64,000 bases of DNA from Eledone cirrhosa (Eukaryota), in NCBI GenBank assembly GCA_964016885.1, contig OZ024743.1:66278001-66342000 (forward strand), written 5' to 3'. The position numbers and the translations under genes were made by a program. Below, piece after piece: positions 44,697 to 59,842 of this stretch. How positions within the stretch are numbered: the stretch's first letter is position 1; every line of letters begins with the position of its first letter. The notes below the pieces were generated by a model, which saw only the letters and a list, made by a program, of their open reading frames with translations, did not search any database and was not told where the DNA came from.

Positions 44697-45090
44697 GGGC
44701 GGTGGATTGGCAGTATCGGTAGGGGGTCGGACACCATGCTTTGACGCATAGAGTTACGGTCCTTGCCATTCTGAGTTCAAATCTCGCCGAGGTTAACTTT
44801 GCCTTTCATCCTTTCGATGTCGATAAAATAAAGTACCAGTAATGTACTGGTTAATTGCTGGCCTTGTGCTAAAAGTAGAAACAATTATATTTTATCGAAG
44901 GGCGGTGGATTTGCAGTATCGGTAGAGGGTCAGACGCCATGCTTTGCAGCAAAGAGTTACAGCCCTTTATGGTCTGAGTTCAAATCCCGCTGATGTTACC
45001 TTTACTTTTCATCCTTACGGGGTCGATAAAATAAAGAACCAGTAATACACTGGGATATTTGCTGGCCTTGTGCCAAAAGTAGAAACAATT
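44697..45090 (+). mobile_element. two head-to-tail SINE family 1 copies with triplicated target site
   Basis: Copies at 44697-44886 and 44900-45090. ATTATATTTTATCGA occurs at 44681, 44884 and 45088. Confidence 0.92.
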
Positions 45091-45477
45091 ATATTTTATC
45101 GATGCTGGATGTATGAAAGAAAGAGTGGATCTTGATAAGTATGAAATTGAATACTTGGTGCCATTTTGTCCATCACACATTTCCAATTCTATAATTCTAC
45201 CTCTCTCGCATGACTGAATATTGATTTCTAGTTTAGCCACAAGACCAGCAAGTTCATGCCAAAGGTAAAATTGATTATATCAACTCCAGTACATGAATGA
45301 TACTTAAGTTTATTGACGTCACAAGTATGAAAGTCAAAGTTAACCGCAGCAGTATTTGACCACGGCACGTAATGAATCGGAAATAAAATCCGAAATCTTT
45401 TTGCCATAAACTTTAACACTCAAATTTCCGTATTCAAAACTGTTCGAATATAATATATAATGCTCTCTTACATATAT

Positions 45478-45785
45478 TGATTTCTGATTTAGGCACAAGG
45501 ACAGTAATTTTTTCATTGCATTGCTGGTAATTTATTTTATCGACCACGTAAGGATGAAAAGCATGGATAACATCGGCGGGATTTGAACTCAAAACGTAAA
45601 GGGACGTAACTATGCTGTAAAGCATGTTGTCCGATGCTCTATCGATACTTCCATTCTACCACCCTTGTCTAAGATATAATTGTTTTTACTTTTTGCACAA
45701 GGCCAGCAATTACCCAGTACATTACTGGTACTTTATTTTATCGACCCCGTAAAGATGAAAGGCAAAGTTAACCTCGGCGGGATTA
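45478..45785 (-). mobile_element. SINE family 1 copies (45478-45665 and partial 45678-45785)
   Basis: Core motif present in both. Confidence 0.8.
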
Positions 45786-46399
45786 ATGATATCTAATTTA
45801 GGTACAAGACCAGTAGATCTGTGGGAAGGGCAAAGTTAATATAAAAACACCTTAGTACTTGGCTGGTAGTTTTACCGATAACGGTAGGATGAAAGTCAAT
45901 ATTGACCTTGGCGTTATTTGAATGCAAGGAGCCAGAACAAAGCAGGTGTGAGCTTCACCAGCTCCTTCAAAATCCTTTGGGGAAACATCTTCGGGGAGGC
46001 CAGCGCGAGGGCTCCCATAATAGTGAGAAATGGGGAGAGCGAGGGAGACGGAGGCAGTGATTATACCAGCATTGTTGAAGTATTTTGTAGAGTCAAGGGT
46101 TAAGCGATTTCATGATAAATAGGTAGATAGAAATATATAATTAATCGTGTTCTATCAAATATTCTACCAATTCTGTTAATCTGCCTCTCTAGTGTGACTG
46201 GATATTGTAAAACATTTAGTTCGGTGCTGTAACATTACTGGAAACAGTTTAAAGTAGGGTACAGTGAAAGATAAACATTTAAAGAGAAGCAGAGAAAAAA
46301 AAAGACATTAAGGACAGATAAAAGGGAGAGAGGGAGAAATAGAGAGAAGAGTAGAGTGAAGCGTAGATGAAGACCGTGGATAATACATACATACACACA

Positions 46400-46437
<38 letters not shown>

Positions 46438-46532
46438 CACGCACACACACACACATATTTTCCTCATATAATTGTTTCTCTTTCTGCAACACGGTTTTTA
46501 GTCTTTATCAATAGTTCCGCCATTATATATAT

Positions 46533-47915
<1,383 letters not shown>

Positions 47916-47955
47916 GATATTAATAAATGGAAACTATATTTATAAAACCATATTT

Positions 47956-48018
47956 ATTTCATTATACATATTTCAGGGATACCACATTAAATTATGGTAT
48001 GCCTTCATCAGACAAAAT
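47956..48018 (-). ncRNA. minimal type I hammerhead ribozyme
   Basis: Reverse complement of 48174-48236. Confidence 0.82.
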
Positions 48019-48173
48019 ACAATATATAACAGTTTTATAAATAGGTTTGACGTATCCTTTAAAATACAACCATTACTTTTGGAGGCTGTCAGGACTATCC
48101 TGACAGCCTCCAAAAGTAATGATTGTATTTTAAAGGGTACGTCAAACCTATTTGTAAAACTGTTATATATTGT

Positions 48174-48236
48174 ATTTTGTCTGATGAAGGCATACCATAA
48201 TTTAATGTGGTATCCCTGAAATATGTATAATGAAAT
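48174..48236 (+). ncRNA. minimal type I hammerhead ribozyme
   Basis: ATTTTGT-CTGATGA-AGGCATACCA...TGGTATCCCT-GAAA-TATGTA-TA-ATGAAAT. Confidence 0.82.
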
Positions 48237-48365
48237 AAATATGGTTTTATAAATATAGTTTCCATTTATTAATATCGTATATCTACTCCAAAAATTTGTC
48301 GAGTGCTTTATATCAGTTATAAAAATATTTACTTGTTGTATCCCAACAACTTTAAATAGAACTTT

Positions 48366-48431
<66 letters not shown>

Positions 48432-49009
48432 TAAACGGAAAAGAAAATGCTGACAAATTGTTCACAGTGAAAAATAGTTTAATTAGGAATAAGTGAAAAT
48501 TAGTAATAGTATTGGTTAGTATTCAGTTTTGGTTTTAAGTTTTACCGGTTGCGCATTTCTAATGCTTTTCAAAAATAATTTTGAGATAGAGCGTCCGTGA
48601 TGTTTGCTCTAATCTGGTTAGTTTTGGAAATTCTACCTGTTTTTATGTGAACAAAGTGGCTCCAGAGGTATTAAAATAAGTTTCGCGCCAATTCGTGTTG
48701 CAAAAATTCTTGTGGTCAAAACAATTTTGATTGGTCGGTAGAGGTCATGTGAATGTTAAAAATTGATTTTGCGCCAAATGTAGGTTTGTGTCGGCTGATT
48801 GAGAAGTCACTGAAAAATAAGTCTTTCAAAACAAATATGTGTGTGTGTGTGTGTAGTAGTAGTAGTAGTAAAGAGGTTCATTGTTGCGATAATGGTCAGC
48901 AGTGATGTGTGTACGAACCGCAGCCTGTTGACAGTTCAAATGCCTATTAAGACAAGTGTGTGTGTGTGTGTGTGGAGCAGAATAATTCGTAGTAGAGGGA
49001 TGTCAGTAG

Positions 49010-49051
<42 letters not shown>

Positions 49052-49082
49052 AGAACAAAAGATGGTTAAAAGAGTTCCATGT

Positions 49083-49151
49083 ATTTTATTATGCGCATTT
49101 CAAAAACAAATATCATCATGCAATAATATTTGTGTTTTCATCAGATAAAAC
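49083..49151 (-). ncRNA. minimal type I hammerhead ribozyme in PLE 3' pLTR
   Basis: Minus strand reads GTTTTAT-CTGATGA-AAACACAAATAT...ATATTTGTTTTT-GAAA-TGCGCA-TA-ATAAAAT. Confidence 0.88.
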
Positions 49152-50016
49152 AGGAAGACATGATATGAAGGTTAAAAAACACAGTTTTAAATCAACATAT
49201 GAAAAGTAGTTTTAGATTGATGTGTGATATTGGGAAAAATATTTTATTTAGAGGGGGGGGGGTGAAAAAGAGGAGGAGATGAGAGTAAAAAGTGGAGAGG
49301 GAGGAGTATAATGAGGAAGGATGAGATAGGAGGAGAGATGGGTGATAGAGAGAGAGAGATAGCTTTTGTAACTGAGAAAGATATATTGTTTTACATAGAG
49401 AGGTTGAAAACCGTTGGAAGATAATGTATAAATTAAAAGAATTTGAAAATTAACGAAGAGAAAAATAATGTAAAGTTAAGGTTTGTATATTGAGGGGTTT
49501 GATAATATGTGCGATGAAAAAGAAAATGTTAATATGTATTGAGAATAATAATATTTAAGGTTTAATAATATGTGCGATGTTAAGAAAATGTTGATATGTA
49601 TTATTAAAAGGAATAACAGGTTATTTAAGTAAGGAAATATTGAGATGAGCATGAATGAGTTAGATGAAAGGGAGAAAAGAATAATGAATTGAGGATGAAT
49701 AATCTAACGTAAAAAAAATGTGTATATGTTTACGAAGGATTTTTACAAGGTGATATAGAGTAAGAGTGTATTGTATTATGTAATAATTGATTCTGTTAGG
49801 CAAGAGTGACAAAAGGTACAGATTAGGGGTTAGACATTAAAAGAAGAAGAGAAGAAAGGGAAGTGATAAATAGGGGCGATGTAGAATGAGTAACAAGTAT
49901 TATAGAATGTATAATACCCTTTGAAATAAGGTAGAAAGATGGGTATATTTTTAAAAGAAGTGTATATATATATGTGCCTTTGAGAAAAAGATTCTAAATT
50001 GATAAAGAATTGAATC

Positions 50017-52352
50017 TTAGCTGTATACTTTGTGAAATGTTTTATGGAATTTATGCAAGCAGATAGAAAACAAGTCAGTGCGTCTATTTATTATAGAATC
50101 TAAATTAGAAATAATGGTAAATTTTTCATTTAGACAGAGATTGCAAATTTTGGATAGAGAACTGTTCAAGTATAAAGACGCAGAAGAAACCTTCTTCCAA
50201 AAGATGCTATATTTAATATTTTTGTCTTTCAAGGACCATATGAGTTCTGAAAGAGCCGTGTTGGTTCTTTTAAGTTTGTATTTAAAAGACGAATGATGGT
50301 TATAAAGACGAGCTTTAAAAGAGGTGGAAGTGGAGCCAAAGTAGGTGAAGGAATTGGTGTCAGTTATAAATTTACATTCGTAAATTAAGTTTTTATCAAG
50401 ACAATGGTTGTTGAGAGGACATTTATTGTTAATAGGGCAATTGCAATTGCGATTAGAGAGATTATTAATGAGTGACCTAATATTATCTATAGAAGGAATT
50501 GGATTGGAGAAGTTATTTGCGATAGGAATAATAGTTTCTTGATTTAGAATGGGATTAAGAACATTTAGCGAAGTTGTGTTTGACGTTGTATTTGGGTTTG
50601 TAGAAATTAGCCTAGGGTTTACAATGACGCCGGGAGTACTATTATTATGATATTCAGTGTTGGAAGGAAGAGATTTAGTATTTAGTATTTTATTGTTGTG
50701 TTTAGAGATAATGTTGGAAATGTTGAAGGATGTAGAATAGGAAAATTTTATAGTGTGTTTCTTAAATATTTTACTATAGATATGTGAGGGAGGGAAGCAT
50801 TTATTTAAGGCACTAAAGAATAATTTAGGAATATTGTTATTAATAGAGATGGAGAAAGGAGCATTATACCAGATTATGTTTTTGTATCTAGGTCTTTTAT
50901 TAAAGTTATTGGAATGATCATGATTAATTATTCTACTGTAATTTCTTCTAGAATTTGTTTCTTTACTATATTTGATTTTATCAGGATAGCCGGCTTTAGA
51001 AAGCGCGTTATTATAGTAATTGGCGTTAGCATCAAAGATGTTTTTATTAGAAGATAGGTTAGATATTCTTTTTCCAATATTACTAACTATAGCATTCTTG
51101 ATATTAGTAGGATGGTTAGATTTAAAGTTAACATAATTTAGGTTCTCATTGTTTTTATGGTAAGGGTAATATAGGCCAGTGTCAAGATTAAGAGATACAT
51201 CCAAGAAATTAGCTAGTTTGATACTGTTATCAAATTAAATTTTTAGGTTATGTTTGTTAAAGAGATTACGTATATTGTTCTTAATAATATTAAGGTTAAC
51301 TATGTTGCAATTTAAGATAGTAAAGAGTCCATCGTCACGATAAATTCCACCGCGAAGTTGAGGAATTTTCCGACTCAAAGAGTTCAAAATAAAGATACCA
51401 ATTAAATCTGTCAATTGGGATGAATCGGATGCTCCCATTGTGATGTCGAAGTTGTTAGAGGTATCGGCTCTGGTCCAATATTCGTTGTTGAACTCTCTGA
51501 TGGTTTTACGTGCGGTGAGAATGATGTGAAGTTCATCTGTGGTGATGTCAGAATATTTAAGTGCGAAAGATAGAGCATTATTGAGAAGTGAAGGCGAAAT
51601 AGAAGAATAGTAGCTGGCAATATCAAATTGAACAAATTTTAGTTTGTTTTTATTATTCAATTTGTTGAACCAGCTAATCACTTCAGAAGTACCAAACCAT
51701 AAATTTAGGTTCAAAGAAGAGCAATTAGAACGAACCTGTGGGATAATTCTATCCAAGATGGCTTTACTAACAACCCCCAGATCTGATTTAGAGGGGGCGA
51801 TTAATCTAACAGGTAGTTCAGTGCGAAAATTGTTTTTGTGATCCTTGAGATTTATCCTCGGAGTTCTTGGGAGGAATGGTTCTGTCTTTTTTCAATGCCA
51901 AGTTTTGACATAATCTCAGAGGCTTCAAAGTTTATGTATTCTAAATTTTCATGGTTGGTTTTACGATATTTTTTCCTAAGTTCCTTTAGGATAAGGTTGT
52001 TATAATTATCCTTGGAAATACCATATAAGTTATTGGTTTTGTCAGAGCGGACTAAAACATTTTTTGAGGAATTTAGGTTTGAAATTGTGTTCTTGAGATT
52101 TACAAGGTGCTCTTGTCCTTTGTAAGGGTATCTCTTGAATTTAAGATTTTTTATAATTTTAGTTAACTCTTCCTCGAATTGCACTAGATTTTTGTTGGAA
52201 GGAGGATTTCTTCTAGAATTAAATAGATGATCGAGGAAGTTATGTTCTTTGGTATAGAAGTTCCCTTTTAGGCGCTGGTCATAGAAATAGGCTATCCATC
52301 TAAGTCTTCTTACGAAGGAGACAGTTTTTTCAATTAGAAGTTTGTTCTTATA
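50017..52352 (-). pseudogene. PLE RT + GIY-YIG polyprotein in three pieces (two breaks)
   Basis: Motifs FVRRLRW, SDKTNNLY, LKDHK..F...PVRLI.P, QFDIASYYSSI, ITMGASD, IYRDDG, NFLDVSL, SNHP, IIWYNAPFS, CNC...CPL..HC, LIY...YFGST..FKAR..NH and CNLCLNEK...CLH. Confidence 0.92.
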
Positions 52353-52441
52353 TATTATGTATACTCCAGTCCTACAAACTGTAGAGTGCTTCTTATCCGA
52401 TATCTGCATTGCTTTATTGTACTACAATAAAACTCATCTCC

Positions 52442-52489
<48 letters not shown>

Positions 52490-52848
52490 GGTTGGTTTCT
52501 TATATAGGCACAAGTCCAGCAATTCTGGGGGCTGGAAAAGTCGATTAAATCGAGCCTAGTGCGTGACTGGGACTTTATTTTATCGACCCCGTAAGGATGA
52601 AAAGCAAAGTTAACCTCGGCGGAATTTGATCTCAGATCATATATATATATACATATATAATTGTTTCTACTTTTTGGCACAAGGCCAGCAATTAACCAGT
52701 GCATTACTGGTACTTTATTTTATCGACTCCGTAAGGATGACTGGCAAAGTTAACCTCGGCGGGATTTGAACTCAGAATGGCAAGGGCCGTAACTCTATGC
52801 GTCAAAGCATGGCGTCCGACCCTCTACCGATACTGCCAATCCACCACC
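52490..52848 (-). mobile_element. SINE family 1 copies (partial 52490-52640; full 52659-52848)
   Basis: A/B boxes and core present. Confidence 0.88.
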
Positions 52849-53710
52849 GAAGGAAAGATTGACAAAGTGTAAAAGCATGTGGCAGGGAAAGAGAACAATT
52901 ATAAGAGGAAGCAGAGAATAGATATATAGAGAAAAACAGAATGAATGACAGAAAAGAAAATTAAGATTAGAGTGAAAGGAGAGCGAAATGATTATGAAAG
53001 ACAGGGATAGAGATATTGAAAAAAAAAGAATGAAAGAAGGAGAGAGGGGCAGAGGGAGAGAGAAGGGGGGGGGGGGCAAGAAGCATAGAGTGATAGAGAG
53101 GGAATAACAAAAGAGACAGAGAGTGATAGAGAGGCAGTGAGAAAGTGATATGTAAATTATCAGGGAAGAAATAGAAAAGGAAATTGTGTTATCTCATATC
53201 AACTATTTTCTTAATTTTATTTTCTGTAGAGATGTGTGTTAGTGAGTGGGTTAGAGTGAGAGAGTTAGATTATAACCAGACAATCTCAGAGTATATTTTA
53301 CAGCACATAGATGAATATGAACCTACGTAGTAGAATTTTAGGTCATCATAGCGAAATTTTTTATCATTGGAAGTCCACAATTACTGAATAAGTAGTCGGG
53401 GATATGATTTTATGTCAATTAAATACACGGGACGATTGGATCTCAGATATATCACATAAAAAATGTAGAATATTTGCCGCAAGTTGCTATTTAGAAGTTT
53501 CGAAGACTATTCAACTAGTCAGTCGCTGTTGAACAAAAGACAGTTGTCTTAGTCACATGAAGGTCGATCCTTCCCCAATTACGTCATCTTTCATTCATTC
53601 ACATGCAACCTCAGCGCATCATATCAGTTCTGCACAATCGGATGTAACTCTATTCCGTAAAGCATGTTGTTCGACGCTCTACAGGTACTACTGGTCTATT
53701 GCCCCGTAAT

Positions 53711-53931
53711 AATTGTTTCTGATTCAGGCACAAGGCCAACAATTTTGGTGGGAGGGGAAAAGTCGATTAAATCGACTCCAGTGCGTTACTGGTACTTTAT
53801 TTTATCAACCCTGTAAGGATGAAAGGCAAAGTTAACCTCGGCAGGATTTGAACTCAGATCATAAAGGGCCGTAACTCTTTGCTGAAAAGCATGGTGTTCG
53901 ACCCTCTACCGATACTGCCAATCTACCGCCC
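53711..53931 (-). mobile_element. SINE family 1 (long variant)
   Basis: A/B boxes and core present. Another copy lies at 54244-54420. Confidence 0.88.
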
Positions 53932-53932
53932 T

Positions 53933-53969
<37 letters not shown>

Positions 53970-54549
53970 TCAAATCAAGACCACAGCACACAACTATGTT
54001 AGAACCTCTCGGTTCCCACTAACAGTATTCTAGTTGATGAAACAAATAACAGCCAGTGAAATTGACCAGCAAGTGGCTGAGCATTACACAGACACATGTT
54101 CCCTTAATATACTTCTGAAGGAGATTCAGTGTGACACGAACTAACGACAGGTTTCGCCCTTTGATTTACAGATACAACTGATTTTTGTCAACTGAATGGA
54201 CTGAATCAACGTGAAATAAAATATCTCACTCAAATACATAATAACTGTTTCTATTTTTGGTACAAGGCCAGCAATTATTCCAGTCCATTACTGGTACTTT
54301 ATTTTATCGATCCCTTAAGGATGAAAAGCAAAGTTAACCTCGGCGGGATTTGAACTCAGACCCTAAAGGATCGCAACTCTTTGCTGCAAAGCATGCCGTC
54401 TGACTCTCTATTGATACTGAATAACAGTTTGTAACTACAACTGTTGTAATAGTTTGATATACTAGGCCTGGCTATCACTGAGTGACTTTCCTAGAAATGT
54501 ATATTTTCCATGAGTTGTATCTCAAAGACTTAGCCTGCTCTTCAGAGTG

Positions 54550-54915
54550 ATAATAATAATAATAATGAAATTATTGTGTACAGTGCTCAGGTGCACTACA
54601 ACTCATCAAAGGGGCATGTATAGTACATAGAATAATATACAAATGTCAGGGAAGTGAATAGTGTATGAGTCATGATATACATGTGTGCGTGTGTATGGAG
54701 GGGGAATATCAGGTGTAGTGTTGGCGAATCTCAGGAAGCATGGAGGTTTTAAAGGATGCAGTGTCTCGACAGCTAACAACTGATGCAGGTAGTTTGTTCC
54801 ATGCTTCAGCAACTCTGAGAGTGAAAATATGTTTCCGAAAGACATTGGAGCTGTGCTGTTTTCTGACTTTGTTGGCATGCCCACGTGCATTAGACACATG
54901 GAAATCAAAAAGGTA
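54550..54915 (-). mobile_element. CR1-clade LINE 3' end
   Basis: RGH..K...FRKHIFTLRVAEAWNKLPASVV..DTASFK is the typical CR1 ORF2 end. A 3' UTR hairpin and (ATT)n tail follow. Confidence 0.88.
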
Positions 54916-56037
54916 CTCAGGGTTGTTGTTGGCAAGATTGTTTGTGTATATTGGTGTGTGTATGCTTGTGTGTGGTCGCAGGCACACACGCACACACACA
55001 TTCACACACACACACATACGCACATTCACATATATATGTATATCTGTGCGCATACATACACACAGACACACATGCATAAGACTTCTACTTCGTTCACGAA
55101 TGACCATGTGATTTGCATCTAGCAAGTTTCTCCTCAGACGCACAAGTCTGCGCAAGGTTTATTATGGAAGACCAGCAGTCACCCAGACATACCAGCCTCC
55201 CCTCAACACACCACTGATGTTGTTCAAGGGAAAAGCATTGGCTGATACAGCTTGGTACCAGTAATATCACAACTGATTTCTAGAGCTGAATAAACTGAAG
55301 AACGTAACATAAAATGTCTTGCTCAAGGACACAATGCATCATCCGGTCTGAGAATCGAACTCATAACCTCCCAGTTGCAAGTCCAACGCTCTATCTACTA
55401 AGCCATGCGCCTCCTCTCTCCCAGTCTCTTTCTCAGTCTCCCTCCCCCTCTCTCTCTCTCTTTCTCTCTCTACACACACATATGTATATACATAGATATA
55501 CATATATATATATATATATATATACATACATATATATATATATTGTTGCCTCCCTTGCTGAACCCCACGTGGGGTCAGTTACAGACACATCTATGTGGTC
55601 TTTAGAACTGAATCCCGTTGATAACGCGCACTCCTAGTTCAGTCAGGATACGAGAAACTTAACATCCTTTGTGTAAGTGGACAGTAAATGACTTATGGAG
55701 CCGCAGAAACGCCAACACTGGACTTTACCATCATTCCAGGGGTCCGGTGAGTAAAAAACATTTATGCTTTCATATATTTTTATATCTGTATATCTATTTG
55801 ACCCGAAATAGGAGATTGAATCTTCGCTGTGTGGATAATTAGTTTAACCACCATCACAGTGTGTTTGGCCTTTAACGTAAGTTGGAAGCTCTAAATCTTT
55901 TGAATTATTGAGCGCTTGCCTCACAATTCGAAAGTGTTTTTTCGTTATTTCATAGGCTGAAATTCGATTCTCGCTAATTTTTCCTTGTATATATATATAT
56001 ATATATTTAAAAGAATATATATATATATATATATATA

Positions 56038-56272
56038 TTAAAATAACAGATTAAAGTTTAAGCAAAGAATCGCTGCTTTCAAGTCAATCTCTCAAAGAGA
56101 TTGACTTTGTTAGTTTCAGAAGATCCCGTTAAGGGTGAAAGCAGCGATTCTTTGCTTAAACTTTAATCTGTTATTTTAATAAATATTTGCTCTTCGGTTC
56201 TTATATATTTGATATATATTTATCCTTATCGAGCCCTCTTTGTATTTTAGTCTTCAAATTTATTATTATTAC

Positions 56273-56273
<1 letters not shown>
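56038..56273 (+). mobile_element. PLE-type fold-back (45-bp arms plus tail) with atypical HHR-like motif
   Basis: 56038-56083 is inverted at 56137-56180. Contains CAGAAGA-TCCC/GGGT-GAAA. Homolog at 16231-16318. Confidence 0.6.
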
Positions 56274-56333
<60 letters not shown>

Positions 56334-56335
56334 GT

Positions 56336-56590
56336 ATAGTGGTAGCTATGGTGCTTCCGTAGGCGGTATGCAAGCATTAGCACTCGATACTCTTCAGAGT
56401 AGAGTGTAGATATTATAAAGAAAACGAAAAATCGGACATAACACTCGTGTCTGAAAGAACCCGCAGAAGTAGAATCAGCCAGATCCATACAAGGACGATG
56501 ACTCGAGCTACATGCCGGCGAAACATTTGTAACACGAAATAAACTAAGTCCAGATGCATCACTGATTTTTTGTTTTCTTTATAATATCTA
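56336..56590. mobile_element. PLE fold-back remnant: minus-strand tail, 19-bp inverted repeat, degenerate HHR (56446-56536 +)
   Basis: TAGATATTATAAAGAAAAC is inverted at 56572-56590. Contains CGTGT-CTGAAAGA...GAAA-CATTTG-TA-ACACG. Confidence 0.65.
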
Positions 56591-56606
56591 TATATATATA
56601 TATCTA

Positions 56607-56662
<56 letters not shown>

Positions 56663-56934
56663 TATAAATTCCTGTTTTATAGGATTAATTATCAGTTTTA
56701 ATAAGTAGGTGATATGAAATACGATGTGTCCATAGACAGCTAAAATTGCGTAAATTTAGTCTAAACATATACAAACTGTTGATAACGCTTGAGTAGAATG
56801 CATTTGGGGAATCTTGCGTGTGTATATGTATAGATATCTTTCAGATTATATGACTGTAAATATTTATTATACATGTGTTCCAATGTTTGCGACCTTTAGA
56901 TAGATGGAGAGAGATAGATAGAGAGAGAGAGAGA

Positions 56935-56992
<58 letters not shown>

Positions 56993-57042
56993 TAGACAGA
57001 TATGTATATATATATATATATATTAAATTATACATTAAATGT

Positions 57043-57075
<33 letters not shown>

Positions 57076-57111
57076 AAGAGAAAGAGGGTGATTTATTTAT
57101 GCGTGTATGTA

Positions 57112-57206
<95 letters not shown>

Positions 57207-57209
57207 ACA

Positions 57210-57245
<36 letters not shown>

Positions 57246-57254
57246 TATATATAT

Positions 57255-57345
<91 letters not shown>

Positions 57346-57550
57346 GTATATATATATAGAGAGAGAGAGGAGGGGAATTGAAAGAGAGAGTGACTGGAGA
57401 TATGGTGTGATGGAGTAGTAGGAGATAGAGAGATTGGCAAGAAAAATATCTCTAGCAGCGGAAATGACAAGGAAGGAACTATGAAAAAACAATGTAGGCA
57501 GCACATATGTCACAGCACTAAAGAATGCTAACAGTTGACGTCAGAGACAT

Positions 57551-57585
<35 letters not shown>

Positions 57586-58781
57586 TATATACATATATAC
57601 ACGCTCTATATACACTTATGCACGCAAATGAAATCAAACACTCGGACGTGCACACACATACACTCTCACACTTTCTACTAACTCAATAACTATATAGACT
57701 CATGTTTAGATATTAATTACACACACATACATTTTGTACATTACAGAAAGTATATTTCTTCTCACGTATAACTTTGAATATGATAAATAAAATAAAACAA
57801 GCAATTAAAGCAAATAAAATAAATAACTAAATAAGTAGGGGAAATGCAGACTACACAATTAAAAAGAGGGCAATCCCAAAAGACTTCGTCCGAATGAGTA
57901 ATTCTATTTGAAGAGACGAAAGGAATTTCTAGCAGGGAAATCCTTAAATAAATGTTGGATTATAAAATACGTAAATCTTTTTTTTCAAGTGGTGTCGTTA
58001 ACATTTTGTTTATCCGACATTTTGCTTTCATAAGACAATAGTAACATCATTTAATTAGCATCATGAGTGAGTAGGCGGCAGCGTGGCCGGATTTAATGGG
58101 TGGTTGGGCAAAGGGGGCGATTGTGACGCCGTAGCAATTTATTTGTGGCCTTAGCCTCAGCTGGGCTTTTTAGGATGGTTAGAATTTTTGAATTTAATAT
58201 TTGTTTGCATAACTTTTCAATTCCAATTACTTGCGCCTAGCTAACTTTGATATTTAAAGTTGGGATGTTTGCCGTATTTTCTAATTTTTAGTGTATGAGC
58301 ACCCAGCCACCACCAACATAAGTAAAAAAAACCTGTAGAGGCGGCGAAATGGCAGAAACGTTAGAACGTCCGATTGACATTGTGTTGGTATTTGTTCCGA
58401 ATCTCTTTGTTCTGAGTTCATATTCCTCCTTGGCCAACTTTTCCTGTCTTTGTTTCAAGATCGATAAATGAAGTTTTAGTATAGTAAAGGAATCGATACT
58501 TTCTCTGTCTCTCTTTATCTCTTTCTCTAAAAGGAATTGTTTATGAGGTGGGTGGTTCCACCAAATTAAAAATTCTTAAGAAACGCAGTACAAAGTTGAC
58601 CTCAGTGGGATTTAATCCACAAAGCATTCTACTCCAGGATTTAATACGGTGTCCCCACGATTACACATATATATATATATTTTAGTTGTGACCTCTTAGT
58701 CATTTTATGGGTATCTCTAAGTTTACATTTTTCAGAACTGCGTTATGTTACTGAGGTGTGGAGGAAAGAGTTTCATATTTA

Positions 58782-59094
58782 CCGCATTTGACGGCTTACA
58801 AGACGCAGGGTCTTATAAGTTAGGCAGGCATTAAAAAAAAAATACTACGAATGTCAGCTGAAGGGTATAAAGTTTGTATATTTTATCATCATTCTACATC
58901 GTAATTCTAGTTGTAATATTTTAGTACATTTTAAAAACATAAGGAAGTGTCTTCCGTTTACTTTAAGGGTCACTGCAGCACTAGAACCCCACTAGCCAGT
59001 AACCCAAACTGACCCTTGACATTATAAGCCGTAGGATGATTCTCTGAAATATCTTTTTTAAAAAATAGTGTGTTTTATAAGCCGTCAAATACGG
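58782..59094. mobile_element. Tc1/mariner-superfamily MITE
   Basis: TIRs CCG(C/T)ATTTGACGGCTTA(C/T)AA at both ends, with a TA TSD. Confidence 0.85.
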
Positions 59095-59299
59095 TACATA
59101 CGTATGTATATCTGTTTGTTTTACCATTTATAATACATGAGTAAGAATACATGAAGCTAGATATGCAACATTAAATAATGATAAATATATAAATACACAC
59201 TTCTCGGAGGTAACCGATATTGTGTAAAAGGTAATGGTTGCAAATGGCGTATGTTTAGAGAATCGAAAGCGAGTGAGAGATAAGAGGAGAGAATGAATA

Positions 59300-59640
59300 C
59301 ACACGTGGGTTTGCCAACAAAGTCAGAAAACAGCACAGCTGCCATGACTTTCGGAAACATTTTTTCACGCTCTGAGTTGCTGAAGCATGGAACAAACTAC
59401 CTGCATCAGTTGTTAGCTGTCGAGACACTGCATCCTTTAAAACCTCCATGCTTCCTGAGATTCGCCAACACTACACCTAATATTCCCCCTCCATACACAC
59501 GCACACATGTATATCCTGACTCATACACTATTCACTTCCCTGACATTTGTATAATATTCTATGTACTATACATGCACCTTTTATGAGTTGTAGTGCACCT
59601 GAGCACTGTACACAATAATTTCATTATTATTTCATTATTA
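59300..59640 (+). mobile_element. CR1-clade LINE 3' end
   Basis: Inverted homolog of 54550-54915. Confidence 0.88.
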
Positions 59641-59651
59641 TACTGGACTAG

Positions 59652-59842
59652 GGGCGGTGGATTGGCAGTATCGGTAGAGGGTCGGACGCTATGCTTTGAC
59701 GCATAGAGTTACGGCCCTTGCCATTCTGAGTTCAAATCCCGCCGAGGTTAACTTTGCCTTTCATCCTTACGGGGTCGATTAAATAAAGTACCAGTAATGC
59801 ACTGGGATAACTGCTGGCCTTGTGACAAAAGCAGAAACAATT
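59652..59842 (+). mobile_element. SINE family 1 with ~17-bp TSD
   Basis: TTATTATACTGGACTAG on both sides. Confidence 0.92.

Larger units (their letters stand above)
49042..52444 (-). mobile_element. Naiad-like Penelope-like element, slightly 5'-truncated, with inverted tail
   Basis: RT and GIY-YIG frames, ~970-bp 3' UTR with an HHR, (TA)n at both ends. 49042-49059 is inverted at 52341-52358, followed by an 86-nt tail. Confidence 0.9.

Noticed and set aside
48430-49010. Additional HHR (minus-strand GAAATGCGCA, ~48545-48670) and a similar relic at ~6620-6650
   Set aside because: The cores are too degenerate to call. They are probably old pLTR remnants.
50017-51204. Selenoprotein-type Naiad (UGA recoding)
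   Set aside because: The Cys positions are ordinary codons in an open frame, and no SECIS was identified.
58075-58175. GC-richer patch as promoter or MITE end
   Set aside because: No partner TIR, downstream gene or diagnostic motif.
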